A stretch of DNA of 64,000 nucleotides, taken from the NCBI GenBank assembly GCA_029863275.1, contig JAOTVS010000003.1, forward strand, positions 18,623 through 82,622. Direction: 5' to 3'. How positions within the stretch are numbered: position 1 is the stretch's first letter; each line of letters begins with the position of its first letter. Below the pieces are notes generated by a model. It searched no databases. It saw only the letters and a list, made by a program, of their open reading frames with translations, and was not told the origin of the DNA. The translations under genes and the position numbers were made by a program. Source of the stretch: Nitrosopumilus sp. GTDB taxonomy: Archaea > Thermoproteota > Nitrososphaeria > Nitrososphaerales > Nitrosopumilaceae. Shown here in pieces: positions 1-9,595 of this stretch.

Positions 1-564
1 AAGAATTGTAGTCCACAAGAATCCAGAAAAGTCAGGTCTATACATCTCTAGAGTTTTTTCATAAGTTTCTTTTACACCACCTGTTTTTTGTTGATGAGAC
101 ATTTCAATATCTTCAATTACAAGCTGATTAATGTCAGAAGCCAAACCAGAATTTAAACCTGCTAAAACAGTAGATGACAAATGTCTACCAATACTATCTG
201 CTGCAAAAAACATGTATCTTGGCCGTCTGAAATTTTCTGCATATTCTGCTTCAATCTTACCCCCAATTTCTTTATTGATCGCAATTTGACAAATTACCTT
301 TGTATAAATTGTATTCCGGATTTCTTCTAATTCTGGATGATCACAGTAAATTACCGAGTCTGCCCCAATTTGGATTAATTCTTTTGACAATTCCTTAATA
401 TTATTTCCCAAAACAATAGCAACAACCTTTTCTTTGGATGAATATTTTTGATTAAATCCATCCATTAATCTTCTTGCTTCACCAATCATTTCCTTACTGA
501 CTGGAAGAAGTTTACCCTGCTCGATTTCAGTTACAACATACAAATGACGATATTTTTCTACCAT
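1..564 (-). CDS. etfA: Electron transfer flavoprotein alpha subunit, N-terminal part (runs off window edge)
   Basis: Not in the ORF track. My minus-strand translation from the ATG at 564-562 stays open to position 1: MVEKYRHLYVVTEIEQGKLLPVSKEMIGEARRLMDGF...IQIGADSVIYCDHPELEE...FFAADSIGRHLSSTVLAGLNSGLASDINQL...YRPDFSGFLWTTIL. This looks like an ETF-alpha N-domain. The start overlaps the etfB stop (TAATG). Confidence 0.7.
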   Translation of the reverse strand, partial: MVEKYRHLYVVTEIEQGKLLPVSKEMIGEARRLMDGFNQKYSSKEKVVAIVLGNNIKELSKELIQIGADSVIYCDHPELEEIRNTIYTKVICQIAINKEIGGKIEAEYAENFRRPRYMFFAADSIGRHLSSTVLAGLNSGLASDINQLVIEDIEMSHQQKTGGVKETYEKTLEMYRPDFSGFLWTTIL

Positions 565-1439
565 TATTTTATCACCATTGCCTCAAGGGCTTCTTTCATT
601 TTAGCTACAACTTTTTGAAGTTGAGCAGGATCTGAACCATCAACAACTTCGGCTTTTCTAGTCGCAGTTGATTTGGGAACTCGTTCAACTTTGTAAACAA
701 TTGTCGGAGATCCAGGTAAGCCTATTAGAGTTTTATTTACGCCAAGTTCGTCAGCATTAAAAATTTTAAAATAATCTTTGAAATTTTTTACTCTCTCCTC
801 TGCTTCTTTGCGGTACTTTTGAAAAGATAGTCTTTGAGAAATGGTATTGTAGCTTGATTTGTAGGTTGGATCAATAGAAATGAAAACTGGTAAAGGTGCT
901 TCAATTTCTTCAATTACATCAGGAGATCCTTGCAAGCTAACCAAGCGTTTAGCCCTGATTATCCTAGTGTTTAAATCAATTTTATAGCTTGTTACATTTC
1001 CTAGAAACGTAAAACCAAGCTTCCAAGCTGTTTGAGGTCCAGTCTGTCCAGTTTCTCCATCAGAAGCTCGATGTCCTGCAAAAACAATATCCATTTTTGC
1101 ACGCATTTTTTCGATTCCTACTCTTAAAACTTCTGCAGTACCTAAAGTATCTGCACCTGCAAAAAGTCTATCACTATACAAATGAAGTTCTTCTGCATCA
1201 GAAATTTCTTGAGCTTGTTGAAGAGCAAGGTCTGCTATTGGGGGACCCATTGTTCCAATCGAGACTTTTGCATCATACATCACTTTTGCATAAAATGCAG
1301 CTTGGGCAGCAATTGCACTATGCGGCCCTAAAGTATTTTTTGTCTCAGCTCGATTTAACGTTCCATCAGGATTATAGCTAACATTTCCCTCTGAAAAGTC
1401 TGGTTCTAGCTTTATGATTACAGCTACATTTAGAGACAT
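564..1439 (-). CDS. etfB: Electron transfer flavoprotein beta subunit
   Basis: 291 aa. ETF-beta-like N-terminus (VAVIIKLEPD...NPDGTLNR) and overall size; translationally coupled to the downstream etfA fragment. Confidence 0.75.
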   Translation of the reverse strand: MSLNVAVIIKLEPDFSEGNVSYNPDGTLNRAETKNTLGPHSAIAAQAAFYAKVMYDAKVSIGTMGPPIADLALQQAQEISDAEELHLYSDRLFAGADTLGTAEVLRVGIEKMRAKMDIVFAGHRASDGETGQTGPQTAWKLGFTFLGNVTSYKIDLNTRIIRAKRLVSLQGSPDVIEEIEAPLPVFISIDPTYKSSYNTISQRLSFQKYRKEAEERVKNFKDYFKIFNADELGVNKTLIGLPGSPTIVYKVERVPKSTATRKAEVVDGSDPAQLQKVVAKMKEALEAMVIK

Positions 1440-1512
1440 TATTTGGCTTTCAAAATTGTTTAAATAAATTGGTTTCCTCTAAATTCAGTGACAAAAATCA
1501 CCATTTGTTAAT

Positions 1513-2868
1513 TTACCAAACATCGTCTACTTCATCAAGAACCTTGTACTCCTTTGATGTTTCTTTGTCTGCAAACTTTAATCTCGAAATATCTCTATCA
1601 AAAAACATGTCAATTGTCCAATCTAACAAAACTCTTAATCGTTTATCCCAGGTTGGAATTTTTGAAATGTATACATTTCTCCACAATGCCCAAGCCCAAA
1701 TTCCACTGATATTAATTCCAAAAAAGGAAGCAACTCCATTTCGTTTTCCAATTATAGCCATCTGCCCCCTAGATTGATATTCAAATTTCTTCATATCTTT
1801 ATTTCTAATTAAAGAATACAAATTATATGCAGCAGACTTTGCTTGAGCTTCCGCTAATTGGGCTGTTGGAGGAAATGGTCTTTTCGTAGTGGGATCAATA
1901 AAGAGAGCACAATCTCCAATTGCAAAAACACCAGGAAATTCTTTAACTTCTAAAAAATCATTTACAATAATTTTTCCTCGTTCAGTTTTAAACATAGATC
2001 TTTTTATTGTATTTACAGGAGTCACACCAGCAGTCCAAATCATGGTTCTAGTTTGAATTGCTTCTCTTTCTGTATTGTTTTTATCTGCGGGATCATTCCC
2101 AATTTTTTTCATCATTATCTCCTGCCCATCAAAACTAGTGACAGCTGTTTTCAATTTTATTTCAATACCATGTTTTGTTAACAAGTCATGTGCAAACTTG
2201 GTTAATTTTTTGCTAAAACCAGGTAAAATATTTGGAAGAGCCTCTAATACCGTAACTTTGATTTCATTTTTCTGGATTTTTGGATAATATTTTCTTGCAT
2301 CTAATAACAAATCCATAATTTCACCTGCAGTTTCAATTCCAGCAAAACCACCTCCAACAATTACAAAATTAAGTAAGCTTTTTCTTAGAATAGGATTTGA
2401 TTCGTTTTCTGCCTGTTCTAGCATTTCTATTACTCGATTACGAATTGTCATAGCATCATTCAATGTTTTTATTGTGTAAGAATGTCTTTCCACATCACTC
2501 ATACCAAAGAAGTTTGTTTCACTTCCAAGAGAAACTACAAGAAAATCATAATGAATAGAGATTCCCCGTTTTTCTTTGGTCCCCCATAAATTTACAATCT
2601 TTCCATAAGGATCAATATTTTTTACTCTTCCTTCATAAAATGTTGCTTTTTTGACGATGGTGCGAATGGGCATAACAATATGTCTAGTAGCAAGCATTCC
2701 TGCAGCTACTTGAGGGAGCATTGGCGTAAATAATAGAAAGTTATCTTCACTGATAAGAACAATCTCAATATCATAATCATTTTTAAAATACTTCTCTAAT
2801 TTTCTGGTACATTCAACCCCACCATATCCTCCTCCTAAAATAACAACTTTTTTCTTGTTTTTCATCAA
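1513..2868 (-). CDS. ndh: Type II NADH dehydrogenase / FAD-dependent pyridine nucleotide-disulfide oxidoreductase
   Basis: 451 aa. N-terminal FAD fold KKVVILGGGYGGVE, second dinucleotide fold NFVIVGGGFAGIETAGE, and AIGDCA motif near the C-terminus. Confidence 0.8.
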   Translation of the reverse strand: MMKNKKKVVILGGGYGGVECTRKLEKYFKNDYDIEIVLISEDNFLLFTPMLPQVAAGMLATRHIVMPIRTIVKKATFYEGRVKNIDPYGKIVNLWGTKEKRGISIHYDFLVVSLGSETNFFGMSDVERHSYTIKTLNDAMTIRNRVIEMLEQAENESNPILRKSLLNFVIVGGGFAGIETAGEIMDLLLDARKYYPKIQKNEIKVTVLEALPNILPGFSKKLTKFAHDLLTKHGIEIKLKTAVTSFDGQEIMMKKIGNDPADKNNTEREAIQTRTMIWTAGVTPVNTIKRSMFKTERGKIIVNDFLEVKEFPGVFAIGDCALFIDPTTKRPFPPTAQLAEAQAKSAAYNLYSLIRNKDMKKFEYQSRGQMAIIGKRNGVASFFGINISGIWAWALWRNVYISKIPTWDKRLRVLLDWTIDMFFDRDISRLKFADKETSKEYKVLDEVDDVW

Positions 2869-2935
2869 TAGAATTTACTTCGTAAAATAGGAGAATATAT
2901 CCTATGAGATCAGATTCTATGTAAAATATTCAAAA

Positions 2936-3607
2936 TTAGGACGCTCTTATAATATCTGTATGAAGAACATCATATGCCCTTGAGGCATCCTTTTCACTTA
3001 AGATAATAATGATATTATCTTGACTGAAAAATGCATTTACAAGTTCAATTCCATTATCATGTAAAACCTCTGCTACATAGGATACCACATCAGATTTATT
3101 TTGGTTGGAAGGAATTGAAATTCGAATTTTTGCTAAACCTGTACTAAAAATATCTTCTTGGTTAGGAAGAGAATCAAAAATTCTACGAATACCATCTATA
3201 TCTTCAATGAGAAATCTAAATGAATCTGAAGATCTAAAAAAATCATAATTACTAGTAATTTTTGAAAATTGATCCAAAATCGCTAAAGGATCAATATCTA
3301 GAGAATTATTTTTTGAGAATTTAATATCAATTATTCCATCAGTAAGTGCTAACCTAGCGTTTTTCAATACTGATTTTTCTTCTACTTCATCTTTTACCTC
3401 AAAAGAATCTGCATACCTTTTGATGGCTACTACTATAGTATTCAAGTTCACAGAGTTTCCAAGAATTTTTTCCACATCAGGTTGAATTTTTACTGCAAGA
3501 GCAGTATAATTAATTAAATCCATTTTCATACAGTCAAAAATTGCCCTATTCCGGCCAATTATTTCCCTAACTACTTCTGGAACCGACATATTGGTTAGCC
3601 TCATCAA
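2936..3607 (-). CDS. Hypothetical protein with ACT-like C-terminal domain and possible N-terminal HTH
   Basis: 223 aa. The C-terminus (KIRISIPSNQNKSDVVSYVAEVLHDNGIELVNAFFSQDNIIIILSEKDASRAYDVLH) resembles an ACT small-molecule-binding fold. Divergent from hsp20-cdc48. Confidence 0.4.
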   Translation of the reverse strand: MMRLTNMSVPEVVREIIGRNRAIFDCMKMDLINYTALAVKIQPDVEKILGNSVNLNTIVVAIKRYADSFEVKDEVEEKSVLKNARLALTDGIIDIKFSKNNSLDIDPLAILDQFSKITSNYDFFRSSDSFRFLIEDIDGIRRIFDSLPNQEDIFSTGLAKIRISIPSNQNKSDVVSYVAEVLHDNGIELVNAFFSQDNIIIILSEKDASRAYDVLHTDIIRAS

Positions 3608-3640
3608 ATATTATTATATTATGTCAAATATATCTGCATT

Positions 3641-3696
3641 ATGTAAGAAAACATGTTAATGTAAGTAAAATTTATATAATGTAATATACATTACAT
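3641..3696 (+). promoter_or_regulatory. hsp20-cdc48 promoter region: TATA-like TTTATATA (3671-3678) with three direct ATGTAA(G/T) repeats and an inverted repeat ATGTAAT/ATTACAT
   Basis: ATGTAAG at 3641-3647 and 3659-3665. ATGTAAT at 3679-3685 and its reverse complement ATTACAT at 3690-3696. The TATA box lies 32-39 nt upstream of the ATG at 3710, which suggests a very short leader. Confidence 0.4.
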
Positions 3697-3709
3697 ATAT
3701 TAGATAAAT

Positions 3710-4207
3710 ATGACAATATTTGATGATGAATTCAACAAAATCTTCAGGCAAATGTCAAACTCTTTTTTTAACATAGATGACATTTTAGAAGAATTTAAAA
3801 CAAAAGGAGCCAATACTGGTCCATATTTCTATGGTTATACAATGACTGTTGGTCCTGATGGAAAACCAGTTGTAAAGGAATATGGAAATGTAAAACCAGA
3901 ACTTCTACCAGCTTCTAAAACTAGAGAACCAATAGTTGATACCATTGTTGATCAAAAAGAAAATTTGGTAAAACTAGTAGCAGAAATGCCAGGTGTAGAA
4001 AAATCAGATGTAAAAATTGTGGTAAACGGAAACACAGTAAATATATCTGCCGAACATGATGAAAAGAATTATCACGTTAATGTTCCAATATCACATAAAG
4101 TTGATGAAAATTCTGCAAAGGCTTCATACAAAAACGGAATTCTTGAGCTAGTCTTTAAACTAGCTGAGAATGAAAAACCAAAAGGTAAAATGGTGGAGGT
4201 TGAATAA
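3710..4207 (+). CDS. hsp20: Small heat shock protein, Hsp20/alpha-crystallin family
   Basis: 165 aa. Alpha-crystallin domain signature (VKLVAEMPGVEKSDVKIVVNGNTVNISAEH...ASYKNGILELVFKL). Confidence 0.85.
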   Translation: MTIFDDEFNKIFRQMSNSFFNIDDILEEFKTKGANTGPYFYGYTMTVGPDGKPVVKEYGNVKPELLPASKTREPIVDTIVDQKENLVKLVAEMPGVEKSDVKIVVNGNTVNISAEHDEKNYHVNVPISHKVDENSAKASYKNGILELVFKLAENEKPKGKMVEVE

Positions 4208-4234
4208 ACCTCTCCAAAATATTATGGTGATTAT

Positions 4235-6376
4235 ATGAGTGAAATTATTTTAAAAATAGAAGAAATACCACAACAACATGTGGGAAGAGGTAGAGCTATT
4301 GTTGATCCAAAAATAATTGAAGAAACAAAATGGAATACTGGACAAATTTTAGAATTAACTTATAATAAAAAAACACACGTTAAACTTTGGCCTGGCTCTC
4401 CAGAAGAATATGGGACAGGTTTAATCAAAATTGATGGAATAACAAGACAAAATATTGGTGGAGGAATTGGTGATAAAATTTCAATAAGATCTGTTGAAGC
4501 AGTAAATGCCGAACAAATTATTTTATCTCCAACTGAAAAAATAGCTATAGATGGTTTGCAGGAATATATGATTTACAATTACCTGAATCATGTTTTTACA
4601 ACTGGAGATACAATCTCATTGAGTACTCAAATGGGAGGAAAAGTCCAATTTGTAGTTACTAGTACTAAACCATTAAAACCAGTTATAGTTACAGAGGCCA
4701 CTATTTTCAAAATAGGCCCTATGGCCAAAGCAATAGATTCTACAATTCCTAGAATAACATATGATGACCTAGGGGGTTTGAAAAAGGAGATTAGAAAAAT
4801 TCGAGAAATGGTAGAATTACCAATGCGACACCCTGAATTATTTGAAAAATTAGGTGTAGAAGCACCAAAGGGTGTATTATTGTATGGTCCTCCAGGAACC
4901 GGTAAAACTCTATTGGCAAAGGCAGTTGCAGGTGAGACTAATGCTCACTTTATCTCTCTTAGTGGACCGGAAATCATGGGAAAGTATTATGGTGAAAGTG
5001 AAGAGAGGATAAGGGAAATTTTCAAACAAGCTGAAGAAAATTCTCCGAGCATAATTTTCATAGATGAAATAGACTCTATTGCACCAAAGCGAGATGAGGT
5101 ATCTGGCGAAGTAGAAAAGAGAATAGTTTCTCAACTATTGACATTAATGGATGGTATGAAAAGTAGAGGAAAAGTTATAGTAATTGCAGCTACTAACAGA
5201 CCAGATTCTATTGACCCTGCTTTAAGACGACCTGGAAGATTGGATAGAGAAATTGAGATTGGAATTCCTGATGCTGATGAAAGATATGAAATTCTTTCAA
5301 TTCATACCCGTGGGATGCCAATTGATGAAAAAGTTGATCTTAAAAAATTTTCCAATATCTCTCATGGTTTTGTTGGTGCAGATTTGGAGGTCTTATGCAA
5401 AGAAGCAGCAATAAGATCTTTAAGAAGAATACTTCCAGAAATTGATCTTGATGAAGATAAAATCTCAACTGAGATTCTACAAAAAATTCGAATAACGAAT
5501 GAAGACTTTTTGGATGCTCTCAAAGAAGTTCGACCAAGCGCATTACGTGAAGTGCAAGTACAAATTCCAAACATTAGTTGGGATGACGTTGGAGGACTCA
5601 CTGAATTAAAAGAAGAACTTCGTGAAGCATTGGAATGGCCAATTAAATACAAAGAAGCTTTTGACTATGTAGATGTAAAAACTCCAAAAGGTGTCCTACT
5701 GCACGGACCTCCTGGAACTGGAAAAACGCTAATAGCAAAAGCTTTGGCAAAAATGACTGAATCTAACTTTATCAGTATTAAAGGTCCAGAACTCCTATCA
5801 AAGTGGGTAGGTGAATCTGAAAAGGGAGTAAGGGAAATTTTCAGAAAAGCTCGCCAAGCAGCACCTTGTATCATATTTCTTGATGAAATAGATGCTCTAG
5901 TACCTAGAAGAGGCAGTAGTGAATCAGGATCAAATGTCACTGAAAATGTAGTTTCACAGATTCTGACTGAAATTGATGGACTAGAGGAATTGCATAACGT
6001 TTTGATAATTGGTGCTACAAATAGGTTAGATATTGTAGATGAAGCATTACTTAGACCTGGAAGATTTGACAGAATAATTGAAGTACCAAATCCTGATGAC
6101 AAAGGAAGAGAGCAAATATTCAAAATTCATACCAAAAAGAAACCTCTTGGAGATGATGTAAACCTATCAAAACTGGTAGAACTAACTGAGGGCTTCAATG
6201 GAGCTGAAATTGCTGCTGTGGCAAATAGAGCAGCTATGATGGCCTTAAAGCAATATGTTGGAGGAAAATCAGAAAACATTAAAAAAATCACAATTACCCA
6301 ACAAGATCTTTTAGATGCAATTGATAAGGTAAAGCCTAAAAAGGTTGAATCTCCAATGACTCATTCAATAAAATAG
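4235..6376 (+). CDS. cdc48: CDC48/VCP-type AAA+ ATPase with two AAA domains
   Basis: 713 aa. N-domain followed by two Walker A motifs (both GPPGTGKT), two Walker B motifs ([16 protein letters not shown]) and second-region-of-homology motifs. Confidence 0.92.
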   Translation: MSEIILKIEEIPQQHVGRGRAIVDPKIIEETKWNTGQILELTYNKKTHVKLWPGSPEEYGTGLIKIDGITRQNIGGGIGDKISIRSVEAVNAEQIILSPTEKIAIDGLQEYMIYNYLNHVFTTGDTISLSTQMGGKVQFVVTSTKPLKPVIVTEATIFKIGPMAKAIDSTIPRITYDDLGGLKKEIRKIREMVELPMRHPELFEKLGVEAPKGVLLYGPPGTGKTLLAKAVAGETNAHFISLSGPEIMGKYYGESEERIREIFKQAEENSPSIIFIDEIDSIAPKRDEVSGEVEKRIVSQLLTLMDGMKSRGKVIVIAATNRPDSIDPALRRPGRLDREIEIGIPDADERYEILSIHTRGMPIDEKVDLKKFSNISHGFVGADLEVLCKEAAIRSLRRILPEIDLDEDKISTEILQKIRITNEDFLDALKEVRPSALREVQVQIPNISWDDVGGLTELKEELREALEWPIKYKEAFDYVDVKTPKGVLLHGPPGTGKTLIAKALAKMTESNFISIKGPELLSKWVGESEKGVREIFRKARQAAPCIIFLDEIDALVPRRGSSESGSNVTENVVSQILTEIDGLEELHNVLIIGATNRLDIVDEALLRPGRFDRIIEVPNPDDKGREQIFKIHTKKKPLGDDVNLSKLVELTEGFNGAEIAAVANRAAMMALKQYVGGKSENIKKITITQQDLLDAIDKVKPKKVESPMTHSIK

Positions 6377-6405
6377 TCTAAATACTAAGGCAATGATCTG
6401 AAATT

Positions 6406-6624
6406 ATGAAACTTTATCTTGACTTTGATCCCTGCCAAGAATGCAATACAATGATGAAGGAATTAAGTAGTCCTGAAATGTTATTTGCAGATGAAAAAAC
6501 AAGATCTGACGAATCTGCAAAATTTTTACGGCATCTAACCTATAATCACAATGAAGTAGTTCAGGCCGTGATGGAAGACTTGCCTAAACAAAAAAAAGAT
6601 CAGGAATTCGATTTCTTTAAATAA
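6406..6624 (+). CDS. Hypothetical small protein
   Basis: 72-aa ORF in an otherwise empty interval. No recognisable motif. Confidence 0.3.
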   Translation: MKLYLDFDPCQECNTMMKELSSPEMLFADEKTRSDESAKFLRHLTYNHNEVVQAVMEDLPKQKKDQEFDFFK

Positions 6625-6707
6625 TTTTATTTTTTCAATTATCATACTTAGAAAATAGTAATCATATTCATATACAAAAAAATACTCAATAAATTGGTGT
6701 TAGACTA

Positions 6708-7091
6708 TTGAACAAGAATCTTATTTTTGGATTATCGATAATTATTTTTTCATTATTTTTAATAAACCCAGCATTTTCTCAAGAACCAGGACCACCCAAA
6801 ATTCCTGAACCATCACCTGAACCTAAGCCAATTAAAATACCAGACCCAGAACCAATTCAAGAACCATTTCCAGAAGAAGGTGATGCTGAAAAAATAAAAA
6901 GATTAACCGAAGAAAATGCTAAATTAAAGGAAAAAATTTTTAATTTACAAAAACAAATTACAGAACTAAACAAAATTATTGAGAATCTTCAATCGATAAC
7001 TTTGGAGCAGATTAAAGTAATCATGGAATTAGTAAACCAACTTAGAGAAACAGTTTTTGAAAAATTACTTTCTCCGGAAATAACCTTGTAG
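6708..7091 (+). CDS. Secreted or anchored hypothetical protein (signal peptide, Pro/Glu-rich repeat, coiled coil)
   Basis: 127 aa. Hydrophobic N-terminus LIFGLSIIIFSLFLINPAFSQ, then PEP-rich repeats (PKIPEPSPEPKPIKIPDPEPIQEP) and a heptad-like tail. Confidence 0.5.
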   Translation: MNKNLIFGLSIIIFSLFLINPAFSQEPGPPKIPEPSPEPKPIKIPDPEPIQEPFPEEGDAEKIKRLTEENAKLKEKIFNLQKQITELNKIIENLQSITLEQIKVIMELVNQLRETVFEKLLSPEITL

Positions 7092-7096
7092 TGAAT

Positions 7097-8017
7097 TTAA
7101 TCTAATAATTTTAGAGTTTTTTTGATCAAATTTACCCTGTTTCGGATTGTGACATCACTTATCCCAGATTCATCTGAAAACTTTTTTTGACTAATTTTTT
7201 CTCCATTTACAATACAAGCAATATACAATGATGCTGCGGCCTGGGCAACAGGATGCTTTCCTGCTGTGATTTTTTGATCTTCACATCTTTTTAGAATATC
7301 AAACGCATCTCTCTTTGTTTTCTCTCCTAAATTCATGTTATTTGAAATTTTTACAATAAATGACGCAGTATCGTATTGATTTAGATTAAGATTTAATTTT
7401 TTGATAATAGTTCTTAGATCTCTAGATAAGATTCTTCGTTCTACATTTCCGGCATCAGCAATATCATCTAGTGTTCTAGGAATATTATTTTGTCTACATG
7501 AGGCATATAACGAGGCAGAAATTAAAGATGCCATAGTTCTTCCTCTGGTTAATTTTGAATTTACTACTTTTCGGTAAATATAGGCCGCATTTTCTACAAC
7601 ATTGTTTGGTATTCCTAACTTTGTTTTCATTCCGTGTAGTATAGTAAATGCTTTGCTTAATGAGGAAGTAGTTCTTGATTTACTTCTTTGGTCCCATGTT
7701 CGAAGTCTATTAAATTCAAACTTTGTTTTACTTGATAAATTATTTCCAGATGAATCTTTATTCGTTCCTATTACTGTTGATAATCCTTTGTCAAACATTG
7801 TGAGTGATGTTGCAGGACCTGTTCTTGCATTTTTCATAAAATCTTCTGAACTATAACCATAATTTTCATGTGATGCATCATCTAAGTTTTGCACTAAGAC
7901 AAGACCGCAACCCCCGCAAAAAATTTCCCCTCTATCAGAGTCTGTAACTACGGGGTAGGTTTTGCAAGCATCAAGTTGACACTTTACATCATAATCGTTA
8001 GAATAATATGCTACCAC
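7097..8017 (-). CDS. tfb: Transcription initiation factor IIB (TFB)
   Basis: 306 aa. N-terminal zinc ribbon (...C-x5-C...IFCGGCGLV) followed by two cyclin-like repeats typical of TFB. Confidence 0.9.
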   Translation of the reverse strand: MVAYYSNDYDVKCQLDACKTYPVVTDSDRGEIFCGGCGLVLVQNLDDASHENYGYSSEDFMKNARTGPATSLTMFDKGLSTVIGTNKDSSGNNLSSKTKFEFNRLRTWDQRSKSRTTSSLSKAFTILHGMKTKLGIPNNVVENAAYIYRKVVNSKLTRGRTMASLISASLYASCRQNNIPRTLDDIADAGNVERRILSRDLRTIIKKLNLNLNQYDTASFIVKISNNMNLGEKTKRDAFDILKRCEDQKITAGKHPVAQAAASLYIACIVNGEKISQKKFSDESGISDVTIRNRVNLIKKTLKLLD

Positions 8018-8197
8018 TACAACTTCACTTGAACATTTATTACATAAAAGGAAAGTGAAATAGGTAATTTTGAATTCAAAAAAACAAACTTACTACGAAA
8101 CATTCCTGAAACCTGTTTCACAATAAAACTTGTTTTTTCTATATCATACATTCTATTAAATGTTAAAAATAATTTAAAAAATAGTTTTTGAAATTAT

Positions 8198-8392
8198 CTA
8201 TTTTTTTATTGAATCTAGTGAATGTCCACGATTTACGATCATTTGAATTATAGCATCTATAGGATATTCAATACCATGTTCTTCCTCAAAATGTATTCTT
8301 AGCTTCTCAAGGAGTTCGAGGCTTTTTTCTCCTTCTAGGGAAAAATCACACTCAAACCCATATTCATCACATCGAAGTTTAAGGGTCATCAA
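8198..8392 (-). CDS. DUF1059-family small protein
   Basis: 64 aa. LKLRCDEYGFECDF...EEEHG pattern characteristic of DUF1059. Confidence 0.6.
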   Translation of the reverse strand: MMTLKLRCDEYGFECDFSLEGEKSLELLEKLRIHFEEEHGIEYPIDAIIQMIVNRGHSLDSIKK

Positions 8393-8557
8393 ATTGGAAC
8401 AAAAATAAGGATATAAAAATCCTAGGCATAAAATTCAAAATAATTAAAAAGACTAGAATTAAAATAGAATTTATTATATTTAAACTGAAAAAAATATTAC
8501 TAATTTTTTGCAAAATAAATAATATTAAGTCCAAGTTTTAAAATTACAATTGATATT

Positions 8558-8830
8558 TTATTTGAAAAATTGATCTATTTGATCCCTGTACTTTACAGTG
8601 ATCTTTCCAAATTCAGTAAAATCTTCTGCTGTAGGATATTTTAATCTCATAGCGTATTGATTTACAAAAATTGATACTGCGCTTCCCACAATTAGATTAT
8701 AGCACGCATCGGCTAAATTTTTTGAATAAGGAAATGCAACTTTAATGAATGGTAGATAAGCACCAGTTTGTGAAATCATTAAAGTTATTTGTTTTTCAAC
8801 AAAATCTTGTATATCTTCTGGTATTGGCAT
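8558..8830 (-). CDS. Hypothetical protein
   Basis: 90-aa ORF with no competing ORF. No motif recognised. Confidence 0.4.
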   Translation of the reverse strand: MPIPEDIQDFVEKQITLMISQTGAYLPFIKVAFPYSKNLADACYNLIVGSAVSIFVNQYAMRLKYPTAEDFTEFGKITVKYRDQIDQFFK

Positions 8831-8880
8831 ATTATCAATAATACTCGGTCCTACTAAATAAGCACTTTATTTTATGAATT

Positions 8881-9090
8881 TTAAGAGATAATTTGTTCTA
8901 GGTATTTTTCTTTACCTTTTCTACTTCTAGGAAGACATCGTAATTGTCTATTACAGCAAGGACAGGCGATTCCCTCGTAATCTACAAAAATTTCACAATG
9001 ATTGCATCTTTTTTGCCCTGCAGCATATCTACCTATTTGTGCTGGCTTTGTTGCCTTGTAATTTTTACACTTTCCAATACAATAGGTCAT
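8881..9090 (-). CDS. Cys-rich zinc-finger small protein
   Basis: 69 aa with eight Cys, including CNHC and CPCC pairs. The opposite-strand ORF 8944..9138 is less protein-like. Confidence 0.5.
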   Translation of the reverse strand: MTYCIGKCKNYKATKPAQIGRYAAGQKRCNHCEIFVDYEGIACPCCNRQLRCLPRSRKGKEKYLEQIIS

Positions 9091-9268
9091 TTTTCTTCAC
9101 TAATCAATAATTTTCAAATAGATGATATTATACTTTAATTTCTAATTTCAGAGTTGATAATTACCTTGAAGGATAAATAATAAATTTTAATACAGCATTT
9201 AAATTCAAACCAAGGACATTGAGAATTTGTCCAATTGAATTATTAATACAAATAATGGAAAAAATAAA

Positions 9269-9568
9269 TTGACAGATCTTAATAGGAAAATTTTTGGACA
9301 AATTACAACAAAAGAGATCATTGGTGCTTCACCTGCAATCATACCAGACACAAAAAATTTACTTGATGCTGAATTACAAAACTTGACCAGCAATCTTGAA
9401 TCACAAACCAAGGAAAATCTTCAAAAATTGCTGGAAGAACAACAAAATGCAGAAAAATATGTAAATAGCAGACCAGGTGCAATGGCTCTTGCACAAGATA
9501 AAATAAAATTATTTACTGAATATAGCCAACAATATATCAAAACTATAAATAAAAAACTTCAATCCTAA
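9269..9568 (+). CDS. Hypothetical protein
   Basis: 99-aa ORF with a non-ATG start in the track. Hydrophilic, helical-looking composition. It competes with the hydrophobic antisense ORF 9205..9411. Confidence 0.3.
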   Translation: MTDLNRKIFGQITTKEIIGASPAIIPDTKNLLDAELQNLTSNLESQTKENLQKLLEEQQNAEKYVNSRPGAMALAQDKIKLFTEYSQQYIKTINKKLQS

Positions 9569-9595
9569 CTAAATTTTTTTAAAATTAATTTGAAA

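Noticed and set aside
4910-6123. Antisense ORFs 4910..5134, 5362..5652 and 5665..6123 inside cdc48. Similar shadow ORFs occur elsewhere: 1097..1381, 2075..2287, 7602..7856, 9999..10277, 13651..13887, 22384..22749, 24318..24701, 32838..33134, 33264..33548, 34196..34498, 36407..36882, 43656..44076, 53243..53920, 58154..58348, 59650..59892, 60762..61214 and 63097..63291.
   Set aside because: All lie opposite strongly recognisable genes. They have low-complexity Ser/Leu/Phe/Ile-rich translations typical of antisense frames in AT-rich DNA, and no motifs.
8100-8124. Inverted repeat GAAACA-11nt-TGTTTC upstream of tfb.
   Set aside because: It is only 6 bp with a long loop in AT-rich spacer, which is within chance expectation.
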